Origin: Octopus sinensis
Taxonomy: Eukaryota
NCBI RefSeq assembly: GCF_006345805.1
Contig: NC_043010.1
Coordinates: 51,460,001-51,524,000, forward strand
Reading direction: 5' to 3'
DNA: 64,000 nucleotides
The notes under the pieces were generated by a model, which was not told where the DNA came from, did not search any database, and saw only the letters and a program-made list of their open reading frames with translations. The first letter of the stretch is position 1; each line of letters opens with the position of its first letter. Below are positions 26,251 to 39,053 of the stretch, in pieces. Both the position numbers and the translations under genes were made by a program.

Positions 26251-27655
26251 TAACACACACACTTAATACACATACATAGACACACACACACATGTATGTA
26301 TGGATGTATATATGGGTACTTGTATCGCAGAGTGGTCCCGTTTGCGCACACGCGGATTCGCGCGTGCGAGCCAGACGTAGGTACTCGATACTCGATCGCC
26401 CTTAAATAATTACTTTTTTTTACAGAAACGCGAACGTATATAACGCGCAAATTATTCAGTAGAATTTATCAAATTAAATAATGCAAAATTAATATATTTT
26501 TTGAAATTGCAAATTATTTAGAATATAAAAATCTGGCTGCTATTTCTAGGTGCCTGAGTAACAACCTCGCGGATTTCAGATAAATGAATTAATTACTATT
26601 TTACAGAATAAAATTAAATAATTCTTGAAAATTAATTAATATTAATATTTTTTGAACAAAGTAAATATTTTTAAAACTTAAATATAATTTTTTTTACACA
26701 AACGCGAACGGGGAAAAGAGGTGGCGAATTCGATTTTTTTTATTTTCGTTGAATGAATAGAAACAATGTATAATATATGTGGACATACCTAAATTTTTTC
26801 TTTTTCATGACATTGTAGCAAAATAGTAGTAATTATATAAATACCAGCAGTACATTTTTTTTCTGGATTTTTTTTCAACCTCGTCACATATTTGCCCCTT
26901 TCAATTTAAACAAGTCTTAATTAAGCAATTACGGCAGCTTAGCAATGGTTTCAATACAGGTGTGACATCTGTATCTCAATTGTTCAAAACCTTCGAATTT
27001 TTTCGCACGTGATGATATCATAGTGAAAACTTTCAATTACGCGCGCTTAGAAGTACGCTCGCAAATTAATACTACCAAAATTTTGAAGTTCGCGCTCCGC
27101 TTGTGTGTGTGTGTGTGCGTGCTTAGGTGTACGTAGGTATGTGTTTTTGTTGTGTTTGTGTGTGCGTGCTTTAGGTGTACGTAGGTATGTGTTTTTGTGT
27201 GTGTGTGTCACTGAAGCCATACATACATATATACATACATAACTTCTCTCTCTCTTTTCTCTCTGTCACTCACTACAAAAAGTGAATAAAAAAAGTTCAG
27301 TTATTTCTGTCTTTCACTCTCTCTGTCTCTTTACACACACTAACAAAAGCACTTCACTTACACACCACACTTTCTGTGTCGCACAACCCATCAAACATAC
27401 ACACACACACACACACACACTCATGCACGCACACATGTACATCAATGCTTTCGGAGTGAAATGTTAAAATATTGAGTTTTCTCGAATTTTGTCTTAATTG
27501 GGGTGAAATTGAAAGAAATTTGTTATGGCATGACCGAATGGAGTACTTTGAAAAATCTTAGGTAACTCTAATTGAAGAATTGTGTGAGGAGTAAATCATT
27601 ATGTATTTATTTGTTTCTGTTTGCTGTGTTTTTTTATTTTTTGAGTAGTGGTTTA

Positions 27656-27755
27656 NNNNNNNNNNNNNNNNNNNNNNNNNNNNNNNNNNNNNNNNNNNNN
27701 NNNNNNNNNNNNNNNNNNNNNNNNNNNNNNNNNNNNNNNNNNNNNNNNNNNNNNN
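27656..27755. other. Assembly gap (100 N)
   Basis: Run of n. Confidence 1.
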
Positions 27756-30047
27756 CCAGCTTGAACTTCAATAAGGCAAACTGGAAACAAATTGAGAAGA
27801 GATCCTCAAACAAAACTGGCCTGAATGTCTCTCCTCGCCGGATATTGACATGATACTTCAACAATTCATGTCTGTAATGCAAGCATATGCTACAATGTGT
27901 CCCAGAGAGAAAGGCCACTGTACACATGAACAAAATCCCCAGAGAGAGGAAAATTTTAATGAGACGGCGTACAAAAATTCAAATCGCCTAAACAAACAAA
28001 TTGAAAGCAGTGAAAAGTCCCGCCTGAAAATAAAACTGTTGGAAATTGAAAATTGTCTGCAACTCCCATGAGAAGGACAGAGCAGACAAGAAGCCTGGCT
28101 ATAGACAACATAAAAACTAACCCCAGAGCTTTCTACAGGTATGCCAAAGAAACAGCTACGGTGCACTGTAGGATAGGGCCACTCCTTGAAAAGGATGGCA
28201 CACTCACAGGAAAACCAATGAGGGTAAGTGAAATACTGAATGAACAATTCAAGAGTGTTTTCACTCCACCCCTTGGGCATTTCCAAATCAGCAATCCAAC
28301 TGACTTCTTTACCACTGCAGATATAGAATCAGAGGTGGCGACGATATATTACATCGATATAAAGGAAGACGATGTAATAAAGGCTATAGATGAACTGAAA
28401 ATAGACTCAGCTATTGGCCCCGATGGATTCCTGGCAATCCTCCTAAAAGTATGTAAGAGAGTCTTAGCAAGACCACTGCAGTTCCTCTTTCAGAGCTTCC
28501 TTGCAGCTGGCAAACTTCCAAGAAAACTGAAGGAAGGTAAAATATGCCCTATTCATAAAGGAGGTAGCAGAGCGGAGGCCAAGAACTACAGACCTATCTC
28601 TCTGACCTCACACATCAGCAAGGTCATGGAACAAATAGTCAGAAGGAAACTAATCACCTTCCTTGAAGAAAATGACTTGCTGCTGACACCCACATGGTTT
28701 CCGACCAGAAGAAGCTGCTTAACTCAGCTCCTGCAGCACTATGACTGGGTGCTGAAACAACTGCTCAACCACTCACAATGTGGAAGTCATATATCTCGAC
28801 TTCGCAAAGGCCTTCGATAAAGTTGATCATGGAATGATATGTCACAAACTGCGTGATCTTGGCATAGTTGGAAAACTGGGAGAATGGCTTCACGACTTTC
28901 TGAAGAATAGAAGTCAGGTGGTAGTAGCCAATGGGGCCACTTCCATTACCCGCAAATAGTGAGCGGTGTTCCACAGGGCACTGTTTTGGGACCACTACTG
29001 TTCATAATGGCCCTCTCAGACATGCCCTCAGCCACGCGGAGAGCCACGATCACAAGTTATGCAGATGATACAAAAGTTTCACAGGCAATACAGAACCCTG
29101 AAGACACTAAGCACCTGCAATATGAGCTGGACGAAATATACAATGGGCTGAAAAGAATAGCATGCAGTTCAATGCTGAAAAGTTTCAAGCTTTATACTAT
29201 CACATGCAAAACTGAATGCAATACCCAAGGAATACACTGGACCCGGAGGGATTGCAATCCCAGAGGCACAATCAGTGCGTGACCTGGGTATTCACATGAG
29301 TGATGACGCAACCTTTCATGTACATGTTGCTAAACTGACAATGAAATGCAGACGGCTGCTGGATGGATTCTTAGAACCTTTAGAACAAGAGAACAAGAAA
29401 CCATGATGGTTCTCTGGAAGACACTTGTCCTAAGCCACTTGACTATTGCTCTCAGCTATGGTCACCATCCAGTGTCAAGTTGATCACAGAACTTGAGGCG
29501 ATCCAACGAAGCTACACGAAGAAGATAGCCTCTATGCAGAATGTAAGCTACTGGGAAAGACTCAAGAGATTAAAATTATATTCCCTGGAGCGTAGGCGGG
29601 AAAGATATGCCATAATATACATCTGGAAGATCCGGGAGGGAAGTGTCCTGAACTTTGGCATCGAGAGTTATGCAAATGCCAGAACTGGGCGCCACTGCGT
29701 GGTGCCTAGGACTCCAAACTTGCCATCAAGATGTAGGACAAGATTCTGTGATAGCCTGGCTTCCGAGGCCCACAGCTCTTCATATCCTCCCGAAGAACCT
29801 GAGAGACCTGCATGGGGTGGATACAGATGTCTTTAAAATGGAGCTGGATCTCTTCCTGTCAGGTGTCCCAGATGAACCAACTTCATGGCAGGAGGGGCAG
29901 ATGAGGGCAGCTGCATCGAACTCTCTCATGCACCAAATAGCAGTTGCTAGAAAGCCTCCATGAAGTGAAACCAAGTAGCAACACCAAATGGCGGTGCCCC
30001 AGCATGGCCACAGCTCATAAGCTGAAACTAGAATCAATCAATCAATC
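27756..30047 (+). mobile_element. CR1-group LINE, RT region to 3' end, frameshifted
   Basis: Motifs GPDG, NYRPISLTSHISK, DFAKAFDKVDH, GVPQGTVLGPLLF, YADDTK and YSLERRRERY; 3' stem-loop and (AATC)n tail. Confidence 0.92.
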
Positions 30048-31250
30048 CATACATATACACATATACATACATACACATATATAAACATATACATACATAC
30101 ACATATATAAACATATACATACATACACATATACATACATATACATACATACACATATACATACATATATATACACATATACATACATATATATACACAT
30201 ATACATACATACATATATATACATATACATACATATATATATACACATATATATATACACATATATACATACATATATATATATACACATATATATATAC
30301 ACATATATACATACATATATATATATACACATATATATATACACATATATACATACATATATATATATACACATATATATATACACATATATACATACAT
30401 ATATATATATACACACATACATACACACATATATATACACACATACATACACACATACATACATATATATATACACATATACATACATATATATATACAC
30501 ATATACATACATATATATATACACATATACATACATATATATATACACATATACATACATATATATATACACATATACATACATATATATATACACATAT
30601 ACATACATATATATATACACATATACATACATATATATATATACACATATACATACATATATATATACCCATATACATACATATATATATACACATATAC
30701 ATACATATATATATACACATATACATACATATATATATATACACATATACATACATATATATATACACATATACATACATATATATATATAGATATACAT
30801 ACACACATATACATACATATATATATACATATATATACACATATATATGCACACATATACATACATATATATATACACATATACATGCACACATATACAT
30901 ACATATATATATACATATATACATACATATATATATATATATACATACACATATACACACACATATACATACATATATATATATATACACACATATACAT
31001 ACACACATATATATATATACACACATATACATACATATATACACACATATACACATATATACACATACATATATAGATATACATATATACACAAATAAAC
31101 ATATATACACATACATACATATACAAATATACCTGTATATATATTCATAATATATATATGCTCACATACACATACATACACATATATACATACATACATA
31201 CACATATACACAATTGTATTAAACACACACACACACATTACATATACATA
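30048..31250. repeat. (TACA/TA)n compound microsatellite
   Basis: Direct inspection. Confidence 0.95.
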
Positions 31251-31544
31251 AATAGAAACAATCTTACATCCAGATTCTCCAACCCATACCAGCATGGGAA
31301 TCAAACATTGTATTGAAAGAACTGAACAGAGGTATAAATATCAACACAATTATTTCTTCTTCCTCTATTCCTTCTCTTTTCCATTGACAGGCCTTTCAGA
31401 TACACAGGCACCCCCACACACACAAAAACACATACACACTCTCTGTCACTGGACAATGATGAAAAGAAATCCATTAAAAAATTTTTTTTGAAAACCAAGA
31501 GACCCCTTGGAGAAGCCACCTGATTTTACCATTTTTAAAAGGAT

Positions 31545-32700
31545 AAGAATCACTTTCTATTGAAAGAACTGACCAGCTGTATAAAAGTAAACACATTTTT
31601 TTTTTCTTCTTTCTCTCTTCCTTCTTCCTTTCCTTCTGAACAAAGGTATAGATATCAACTCCTTTCAAAAGCACACACACACTCTCTCACTTTCTCCCCA
31701 TTCCTCACCCTCTTGTACTATCTTATATCTCTCCACCCCTACATACTCAATAATACTATAAAAAGAGTCAAATCTGAAAATATTCAATCTGAAGACTCCA
31801 CTACAGTGGATGTAAGGGCTAATATACGATTTATAAAAAAATGACATTAATAAATATCTGTAAATATAAAACCATCCACATTTCTGAGTACCTTATTTCT
31901 TCTAATATACACGTATATATACACACACACACATATATATATATATACACACACACACACAATATATATATAAATATAGTTTGACATATACATACACACA
32001 TATAGACATATACATACATATATAGAAATATTTACATATACATATATACAAATACAGATACACATATATACATATACACATATATACATACACATACATA
32101 TATAGACATATGTATATACACACACACACATATATACATATATATATACGCACATATATGTATGTATATATGTGTGTGTGTGAATATATATATTTATGTA
32201 TATTTACTTATATACATACATACATATACACATATATATATATGTACACATACACATATATCCATATATGTATACACATATATATAAGCTCAAGCCAAGA
32301 ATTACTTACTATTGAAAGATGGACCAGCTGCAAAGATACCAACAAATTTTCTCTCCTTGTTCTGCCTTTCCTTCTCTTTTTCCTTAACTCTCCATTCAGA
32401 TACAAAAATGCACACACACTCTCTCTCTCACTTTCTCCCCATTCCTCACCCTCTTGTACTATCGTATATCTCTCCCCACCCCTACACACTCAATAATACT
32501 ATAAAAAGAGTCAAAATTCTTACAAAAGTTCAATTTGAAAACTCCACTAGAATGGACGAAAGCACTAATATATGATTTATAAAAACATGTAACATACTAA
32601 TAAATATCTGTAAATATAAAACCATCCAGATTTCTGAGTACCTCATTTCTTCTAATATATGATACCTGTACATCATCTCCAAACCTAATATACACACACA
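31545..32700. repeat. Diverged direct duplication (31545-31915 vs 32305-32660) around a microsatellite
   Basis: Shared blocks such as CACTTTCTCCCCATTCCTCACCCTCTTGTACTATC and AATAAATATCTGTAAATATAAAACCATCCA. Confidence 0.8.
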
Positions 32701-32969
32701 CATATATATACATACATCAATATACAAAGATATATGTATATATATACATATATTTATTTTTATATATATATATATATATACATACACGCACACATATACA
32801 TACATATCTATATATAAACATACATATCTGTATAGACACATGCACATTTATATACACACATATACACACGTAAAAGACTTTTTCAATTCCTGAGCGTTAT
32901 ACTAATACATCTGTTTGTTTTGTACACCACCTGTCTTCGTCTTTTGTTTTTGTGTGAATTCTCCCTAAA

Positions 32970-33615
32970 TGTACACATACATATATATATACATATCCAT
33001 ATCCATACATATATATATACATACATACACATATACATATTTATATACACATACATACACATATACATATTTATATACACACACATATATACATACAAAT
33101 ACATATACACACATATACATATAGACATATATACACACATATACAAATACACATACATATACACAGATATATACATATATACATACATATATACACATAT
33201 ACATACATATATACACATATACATACATATATACATACATAGATACACACATATACAAATACACATATATATACACAGATATATACACATATATATACAC
33301 ATATACATACATATATAGATATATATACATATACATATATACACATATACATATATACACATACATACATATATACACATACATACATATATACACATAT
33401 ACATACATATATACACATACATACATATATACACATACATACATATATACACATACATACATATATACACATACATACATATATACACATACAGGTATAT
33501 ATACATATAAATATATATATATACATACATATACGTGTATATACACACACATATGTATGTATACGTGTGTGTGTGTATATATATATATATATGTGTGTGT
33601 GTTGTGTGTGTGTTT
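32970..33615. repeat. (TACA/TA)n microsatellite
   Basis: Direct inspection. Confidence 0.95.
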
Positions 33616-33749
33616 CAATGGCCCACAACTCTTTAATATCCTCCTAAAATAACTGTGACACCTGCACAGTGTGAATGTGTCTTTAAAACGAAACTGGATC
33701 CCTTCCTATCAAGGGTTCCAGACAAGCCTGCCTCATCATAGGAAACACA

Positions 33750-34350
33750 GTTTCAAACGAACTACAATACTCTCCCACCTCTACACCTGGACCAGGCCGA
33801 GTTCGCAACCGCTAGGAGGTTGATCAAAGTATTTGAGAAACGTGCTAAAATCGGATAGCAAATAAAGTTTCTTAGACGCTGCCTAAAAAACAACATAATT
33901 CCCAATACCTATTTCTTTACTACCCACAAGGGGCTAAACACAGAAGGGACAATCAAGGACAGACAAACGGATTAAGTCGATTATATCGACCCCAGTGTGT
34001 AAATGGTACTTATTTAATTGACCTCGAATGGATGAAAGGCAAAGTCGACCTCGGCGGAATTTGAACTCAGAACGTATCAGCAGACGAAATACAGAAAAGC
34101 ATTTCACCCGGTGTGCTAACGATTCTGCCAGCTTCGCCGCCTTTACCAATAGGAACATACATCTACCCTCATGTTCCCACAGCCTTGCCCTTCAACAATC
34201 ACTGAAATACATATGTTCATCATCAGAAAAATCACACAGCATCTACCCCAACAATTACATGAGCACATATGCAAATTCTCTGAAATAATATCCAGCATCA
34301 CATCAACCATTGATCTGAAGAAGGAACTTTATTCTGAAATATTATCAGAC
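33750..34350 (+). mobile_element. Possible Penelope-like element N-terminal remnant, interrupted by a SINE
   Basis: Translates ...RRLIKVFEKRAKIG*QIKFLRRCLKNNIIP, resembling the FL.RC...IIP motif upstream of PLE RTs. Confidence 0.45.
33909..34143 (-). mobile_element. SINE family B
   Basis: Matches 7057-7289. Confidence 0.8.
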
Positions 34351-34503
34351 TATGGATGACTAAATTACAACAGGTATATAGCCCATTGTTTGTATTATAG
34401 TACATTGTTGTACCATTCAAAACTTGTTATTCTTCACAAACAATACACAATGCTTCAAGCGAACTGCAATACTCTTGTATAAATATGTGTGTGTGTGTGT
34501 GTG

Positions 34504-34538
<35 letters not shown>

Positions 34539-34549
34539 AACTATTTTTA

Positions 34550-37380
34550 AATGTTTCAGCTTTAAAGCTGCGGTCATGCTGGGGCACCATCGTTGACTGA
34601 GCTACACCATTGTTTGGAACCTCCTCTGATATGTGGCATTTGGTCAATAAGGGAGTTTGATGCTGGTGCCCCCATCTGTGTTTCCTATGGTGAGATTGGC
34701 TCATCTGGAACCCTTGATAGGAAGGGGTCCAGTTTTGTTTTAAAGACACTTATATCCACACCATGCAAGTCTCTCAGTTATTTTAGAAGGATATTAAAGA
34801 ACTGTGGGCCCTTGAAGCCCAAGCTGTTGCAGTATCTGGTCCTGTATTTTGATGGCGATGCTGGGATCTTTGGCACTATGCAGTATCCCCCAGTTCTGCA
34901 GTTTGAGTAACTTTCAATGCCAAAATTTGGTACAAGGCCATCTAGGATTTTCCAGACATATATCACTGCACATCTTTCTCACCTTCATTCCAGGGAGAAG
35001 AGTTTTAATTCTTTCAGTCTTTCCCAGTACCTGATACGTTGCATCGAGATGATTTTCTTAGTGTAGCTGTGTTGGATTGCTTTGAGTTCCACTGTGGATT
35101 TTATTTTGTGTGGTGACCATAGTTGGGAGCAGTAGTCCAAGTGGCTGAGAATGTATATCCTCCAAAGGATCATCAATGTCTCCTTTTCTCTTGTTTTGAA
35201 AGTTTAAAGGATCCATCCAGCTAGCCATCTGCATCTTATTACCAAATTGGTAATATGCACTTGGAAAGATGCATCATTGCTTATGTCAATGCCCAGGTCA
35301 CGCACTGATTTTGATTAAGGGATTTCAATTCCTCCTGGGGCAGTGTATCCGACCTGCATGCTGTTTAGCTTTGTGTGCTGGTAACATAGGGCCTGGAATT
35401 TTCCTGCATTAAAATGCATGTTGTTGTCCTCCACCCAACTCCCATTGCAGATGTGCAATATTTCCAGAATTCTGTATTGTCTGAGAAACTTTTGTGTCAT
35501 CTGCATAGCTAGCAAGGGTGGCTATCTTTAGCAGTTGAGGGCATGTCTGAGAGGGCCACTATGAATAGCAGTAGCCCCAAGACAGTGCTCTGTGGAACAT
35601 CACTTGCTATTTGTGTTTCCTTGGAGGTGGCTCCATTCGCCACTACTGCCTGATGTCTTTCAAAAAGTTGTGCATCCATTCTCCAAGTTTTCCACCTATA
35701 CCGAGATCATGCAGTTTGTGACATATCATACTATGGTCAACTTTATCAAAGCAAGACATATGACATCCACGCTTGAGTCATTCAGAAGCTGTTTTAACAT
35801 CCAGTCGTAGTGTTGCAGGAGCTGTGTCAAACAGCTTCTATGCTGGGTGTCGGTCAGCAAGTCATTTTCTTCTAGGAATACGATTAGTTTCTCACAGACT
35901 ATTCGTTCTATGACTTTACTGATGTGTGAGGTCAGAGTACATAAACATAATTTTTAGCATCTGCTCTGCTTCCTCCCTTATGGATAGGGTATATTATCCC
36001 TTCCTTCAATTTGTCTGAAAGCTTACCTCTTGCAAGGAAGCTCTGAAAGAGAAGATGCAGTAGTTTTGTAAGGGCTCGCTTGCATGATTGAAATCCATCT
36101 GGGCCAGCAGCTGAGTTTGTGTCAACTTCATCTATGGCCAGTATTACATCTATGTTTATGCACTCAATTTCTTTTTACCTCTTTGGTTTTAGGTAATCAT
36201 CATCATCATCATCGTTTAGCGTCCGTTTTCCATGCTAGCCTGGGTTGGACGGTTCAACTGGTCTGTGAAGCCAGAAGGCTTCATCGGGCCCAGTCAGATC
36301 TGGCAGTGTTTCTACGGCTGGATGCCCTTCCTAACGCCAACCACTCCGTGAGTGTAGTGGATGCTTTTTACGTGCCACCCGCACAGGTGCCAGACAGAGC
36401 TGGCAAACGGCCACAAACGGATGGTGCTTTTTATGTGCCACCCGCACAGGTGCCAGACAGAGCTGGCAAACGGCCACAAACGGATGGTGCTTTTTATGTG
36501 CCACCGGCACGGGGGCCAGGCGAGGCTGACAACGGACACGAACGGATGGTGCTTTTTACGTGGCAAAGAATTCTGCTGGTCTGTTCACATGCCTGTATCC
36601 CAGCAGTGTAGTGAACACACTTTGGAACTGTTCGTTCAGTATTTCACTTACCCTCATGGGATTTCCTGTGAGGGAGTCATCTTTTTGGAAGAGAGGTCCA
36701 ATCTTGTGGCATATTGTGGCTGTTTCTTTGGCAATCTTAAAGAAAGCCTTAGGAGTTGACTTGATATTTTCTATAACCCAAGCTTCTTTATTTGCCCTCT
36801 TCTTTTCATGAGACTGATGCAGATGTTTCTCAATTTCCAATAGCATTCTCTCTAGGCGAGACTTCTCACCACTTTTGGGATGCTTGCTCAGGTGGTTCTC
36901 TATCTTTGTCATCTCATAAGAATCTTCCTTTCTCTAGGGATCATGTTTTTGTGTATGTTGGCTTTGCACAATGGGTTAGATCTGTCGCATATGGCTTGTA
37001 TTATGGACATGAAATGTTTGTTTCATGTCAATGTCTGGTGTGGAGAGACATTTAGGCCAACCCAGTTTGAGGATCTCTTTCTGAATCAACTTCCAGTTTA
37101 CTTTAGGAAAATTTAGTTTGGAGAGATTTTGGGTGCTTTGTATAGGCTGTATGTCTGCAGGAGCTTTTGGTCCATACATAGACAGCTCTATTATATTGTG
37201 ATCCGAGATCAGCATCAGTGTCACTTTAACATTATGGATAATATCCATATTGTTTGTGAATCAGAGATCCAGTATATTATTTGCCCTGGTTGGTTGTAGC
37301 ACAATTTATTCCATGAAAGAGGCATTGGTAAGGTGGAGCAGGGACTCTGCCTATGCTTGCTGTTGGTGTCATTCCTGGGA
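34550..37380 (-). mobile_element. CR1-group LINE, degraded (endonuclease C-terminus to 3' end)
   Basis: SDHN motif, RT fragments, YWERLKELKLFSLE and the same 3' stem-loop as 27756-30047; nested RTE tail. Confidence 0.88.
36197..36562 (-). mobile_element. RTE-type LINE 3' end nested in the CR1-like LINE
   Basis: (CAT)n, conserved 3' sequence, three ~62-bp repeats. Confidence 0.78.
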
Positions 37381-37734
37381 GAATATATATATAATTGTAT
37401 TTTTATATAAGCTTAAAGCTCATAGCGATCACCGTCCAATGACTAAGGAAAATAGTCTAATAAAGGAGCATACAAGCCTTCGACAGAAAAAAGAAGTGTT
37501 TCCTATCTGCATGGGACACGAACCCACATTCCTTTGTTAATGCAACAAAGTGTGTTACCTTTACACAAGCGAATTAGCACCCTGTTTCTGTCAAATTTAA
37601 GAACTATATTAGTTCATATTTGTTTTATGTAAACAAACTTTCTATATGCTTTCAGTGCAAATGGTTTTAATATACAGCACCGTTTTACTATCGAGGGCTT
37701 ATATGCCTCTTTATTAGACTATTTTCCTTACCTA

Positions 37735-38646
37735 CTTATGACACTTGTGAAGACCTGTTGAGGCAAGTGTGTGACACTTGTGTAGACCTGTTGAGGCAAG
37801 TGAAAATCAAATCAAATCAAATCAAACCAAATCAAAATAGATGAACATCAATGGAATTTGTATCTTTGTGGTACCAGTACCGTTGGCACACAAGAAAACC
37901 ATCCGAACGTGGCCGTAGCCAGTACCGCATCGACTGGCCTCTGTGACGTGGGCACATAACAAACACCATCCGATCGTGGCCGTTCGCCAGCCTCATCTGG
38001 CACCTGTGTCGGTGGCACATAAAAACACCAACCGAAGACCCGGCAAGACTAGTCAGGCCATAACCCGTGGCCCCTACCTGGACGTAGTCAGTCCACCTGT
38101 GCATACCTTCCTTCTTGTGACACTTGTGAAGACCTGTTGAGGCAAGTGAAAATCAAATCAAAACAAATCAAAATAGATGAACATCAATGGAATTTGTATC
38201 TTTCTGGTACCAGTGCCGGTGGCACACAAAAAAATCATCCGAACGTGGCCGTAGCCAGTACCGCATAGACTGGCCTCCGTGCTTTGGGGACGTAACAAAC
38301 CCATCCGATCGTGTCCGTCCGCCAGCCTCATCTGCACCTGTGTCGGTGGCACATAAAAACACCATCCGAGCGTGGCCGTCTGCCAGCCTCGTCTGGCACC
38401 TGTGTCGGTGGCACATAAAAACACCATCCGAGCGTGGCCGTTCGCCAGCCTCGTCTGGCACCTGTGTCGGTGGCACATAAAATCACCCACTACACTCTCG
38501 GAGTGGTTGGCGTTAGGAAGGGCATCCAGCTGTAGAAACACTGCCAGATCTGACTGGCCTGGTGCAGCCTTCGGGCTCCCCAGACCCCAGTTGAACCGTC
38601 CAACCCATGCTAGCATGGAAAACGGACGCTAAATGATGATGATGAT
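37735..38646 (+). mobile_element. RTE-type LINE 3' UTR with internal duplication and ~62-bp repeats
   Basis: Repeated GTGACACTTGTGAAGACCTGTTGAGGCAAGTG; ends AAACGGACGCTAAA(TGA)n. Confidence 0.75.
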
Positions 38647-38732
38647 GTTGCACAGTGATTGCCATAGGCTTATTATTATTATTTACCGGATTGTAAAACA
38701 CAGTGCCATATATCAAAACCATTTGCACCAGC

Positions 38733-39053
38733 ATATATATATATATATATTATATATATATATATATATATAAATGTGTGTATGTGTGTGTATGTATGTG
38801 TGTGTGTATGTGTGTGTATGTATGTGTGTGTGTACGTGTGTGTATGTACGTGTGTGTATGTACGTGTGTGTATGTACGTGTGTGTATGTACGTGTGTGTA
38901 TGTGTGTGCGTATGTTTCTGTATATATGTGTTTGTGTATATGTGTGTATGTGTTTGTATATGTATGTACGTGTGTGTATATATGTGTGCGTATATGTGTA
39001 TATGTGTGTGTATATGCGTGTGTATATGTGTGTATATATGTGTGTGTGTGTAT
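38733..39053. repeat. (TA)/(TG) microsatellite
   Basis: Direct inspection. Confidence 0.95.

Noticed and set aside
30034-31304. Long Y/I/V/C/M-rich ORFs (also 22645-23670, 32883-33628, 38703-39141)
   Set aside because: Translations of TA/CA microsatellites, which lack stop codons.
38350-38470. HDV-like ribozyme in the 62-bp repeats
   Set aside because: I could not build the nested double pseudoknot, and the L3 loop does not fit.
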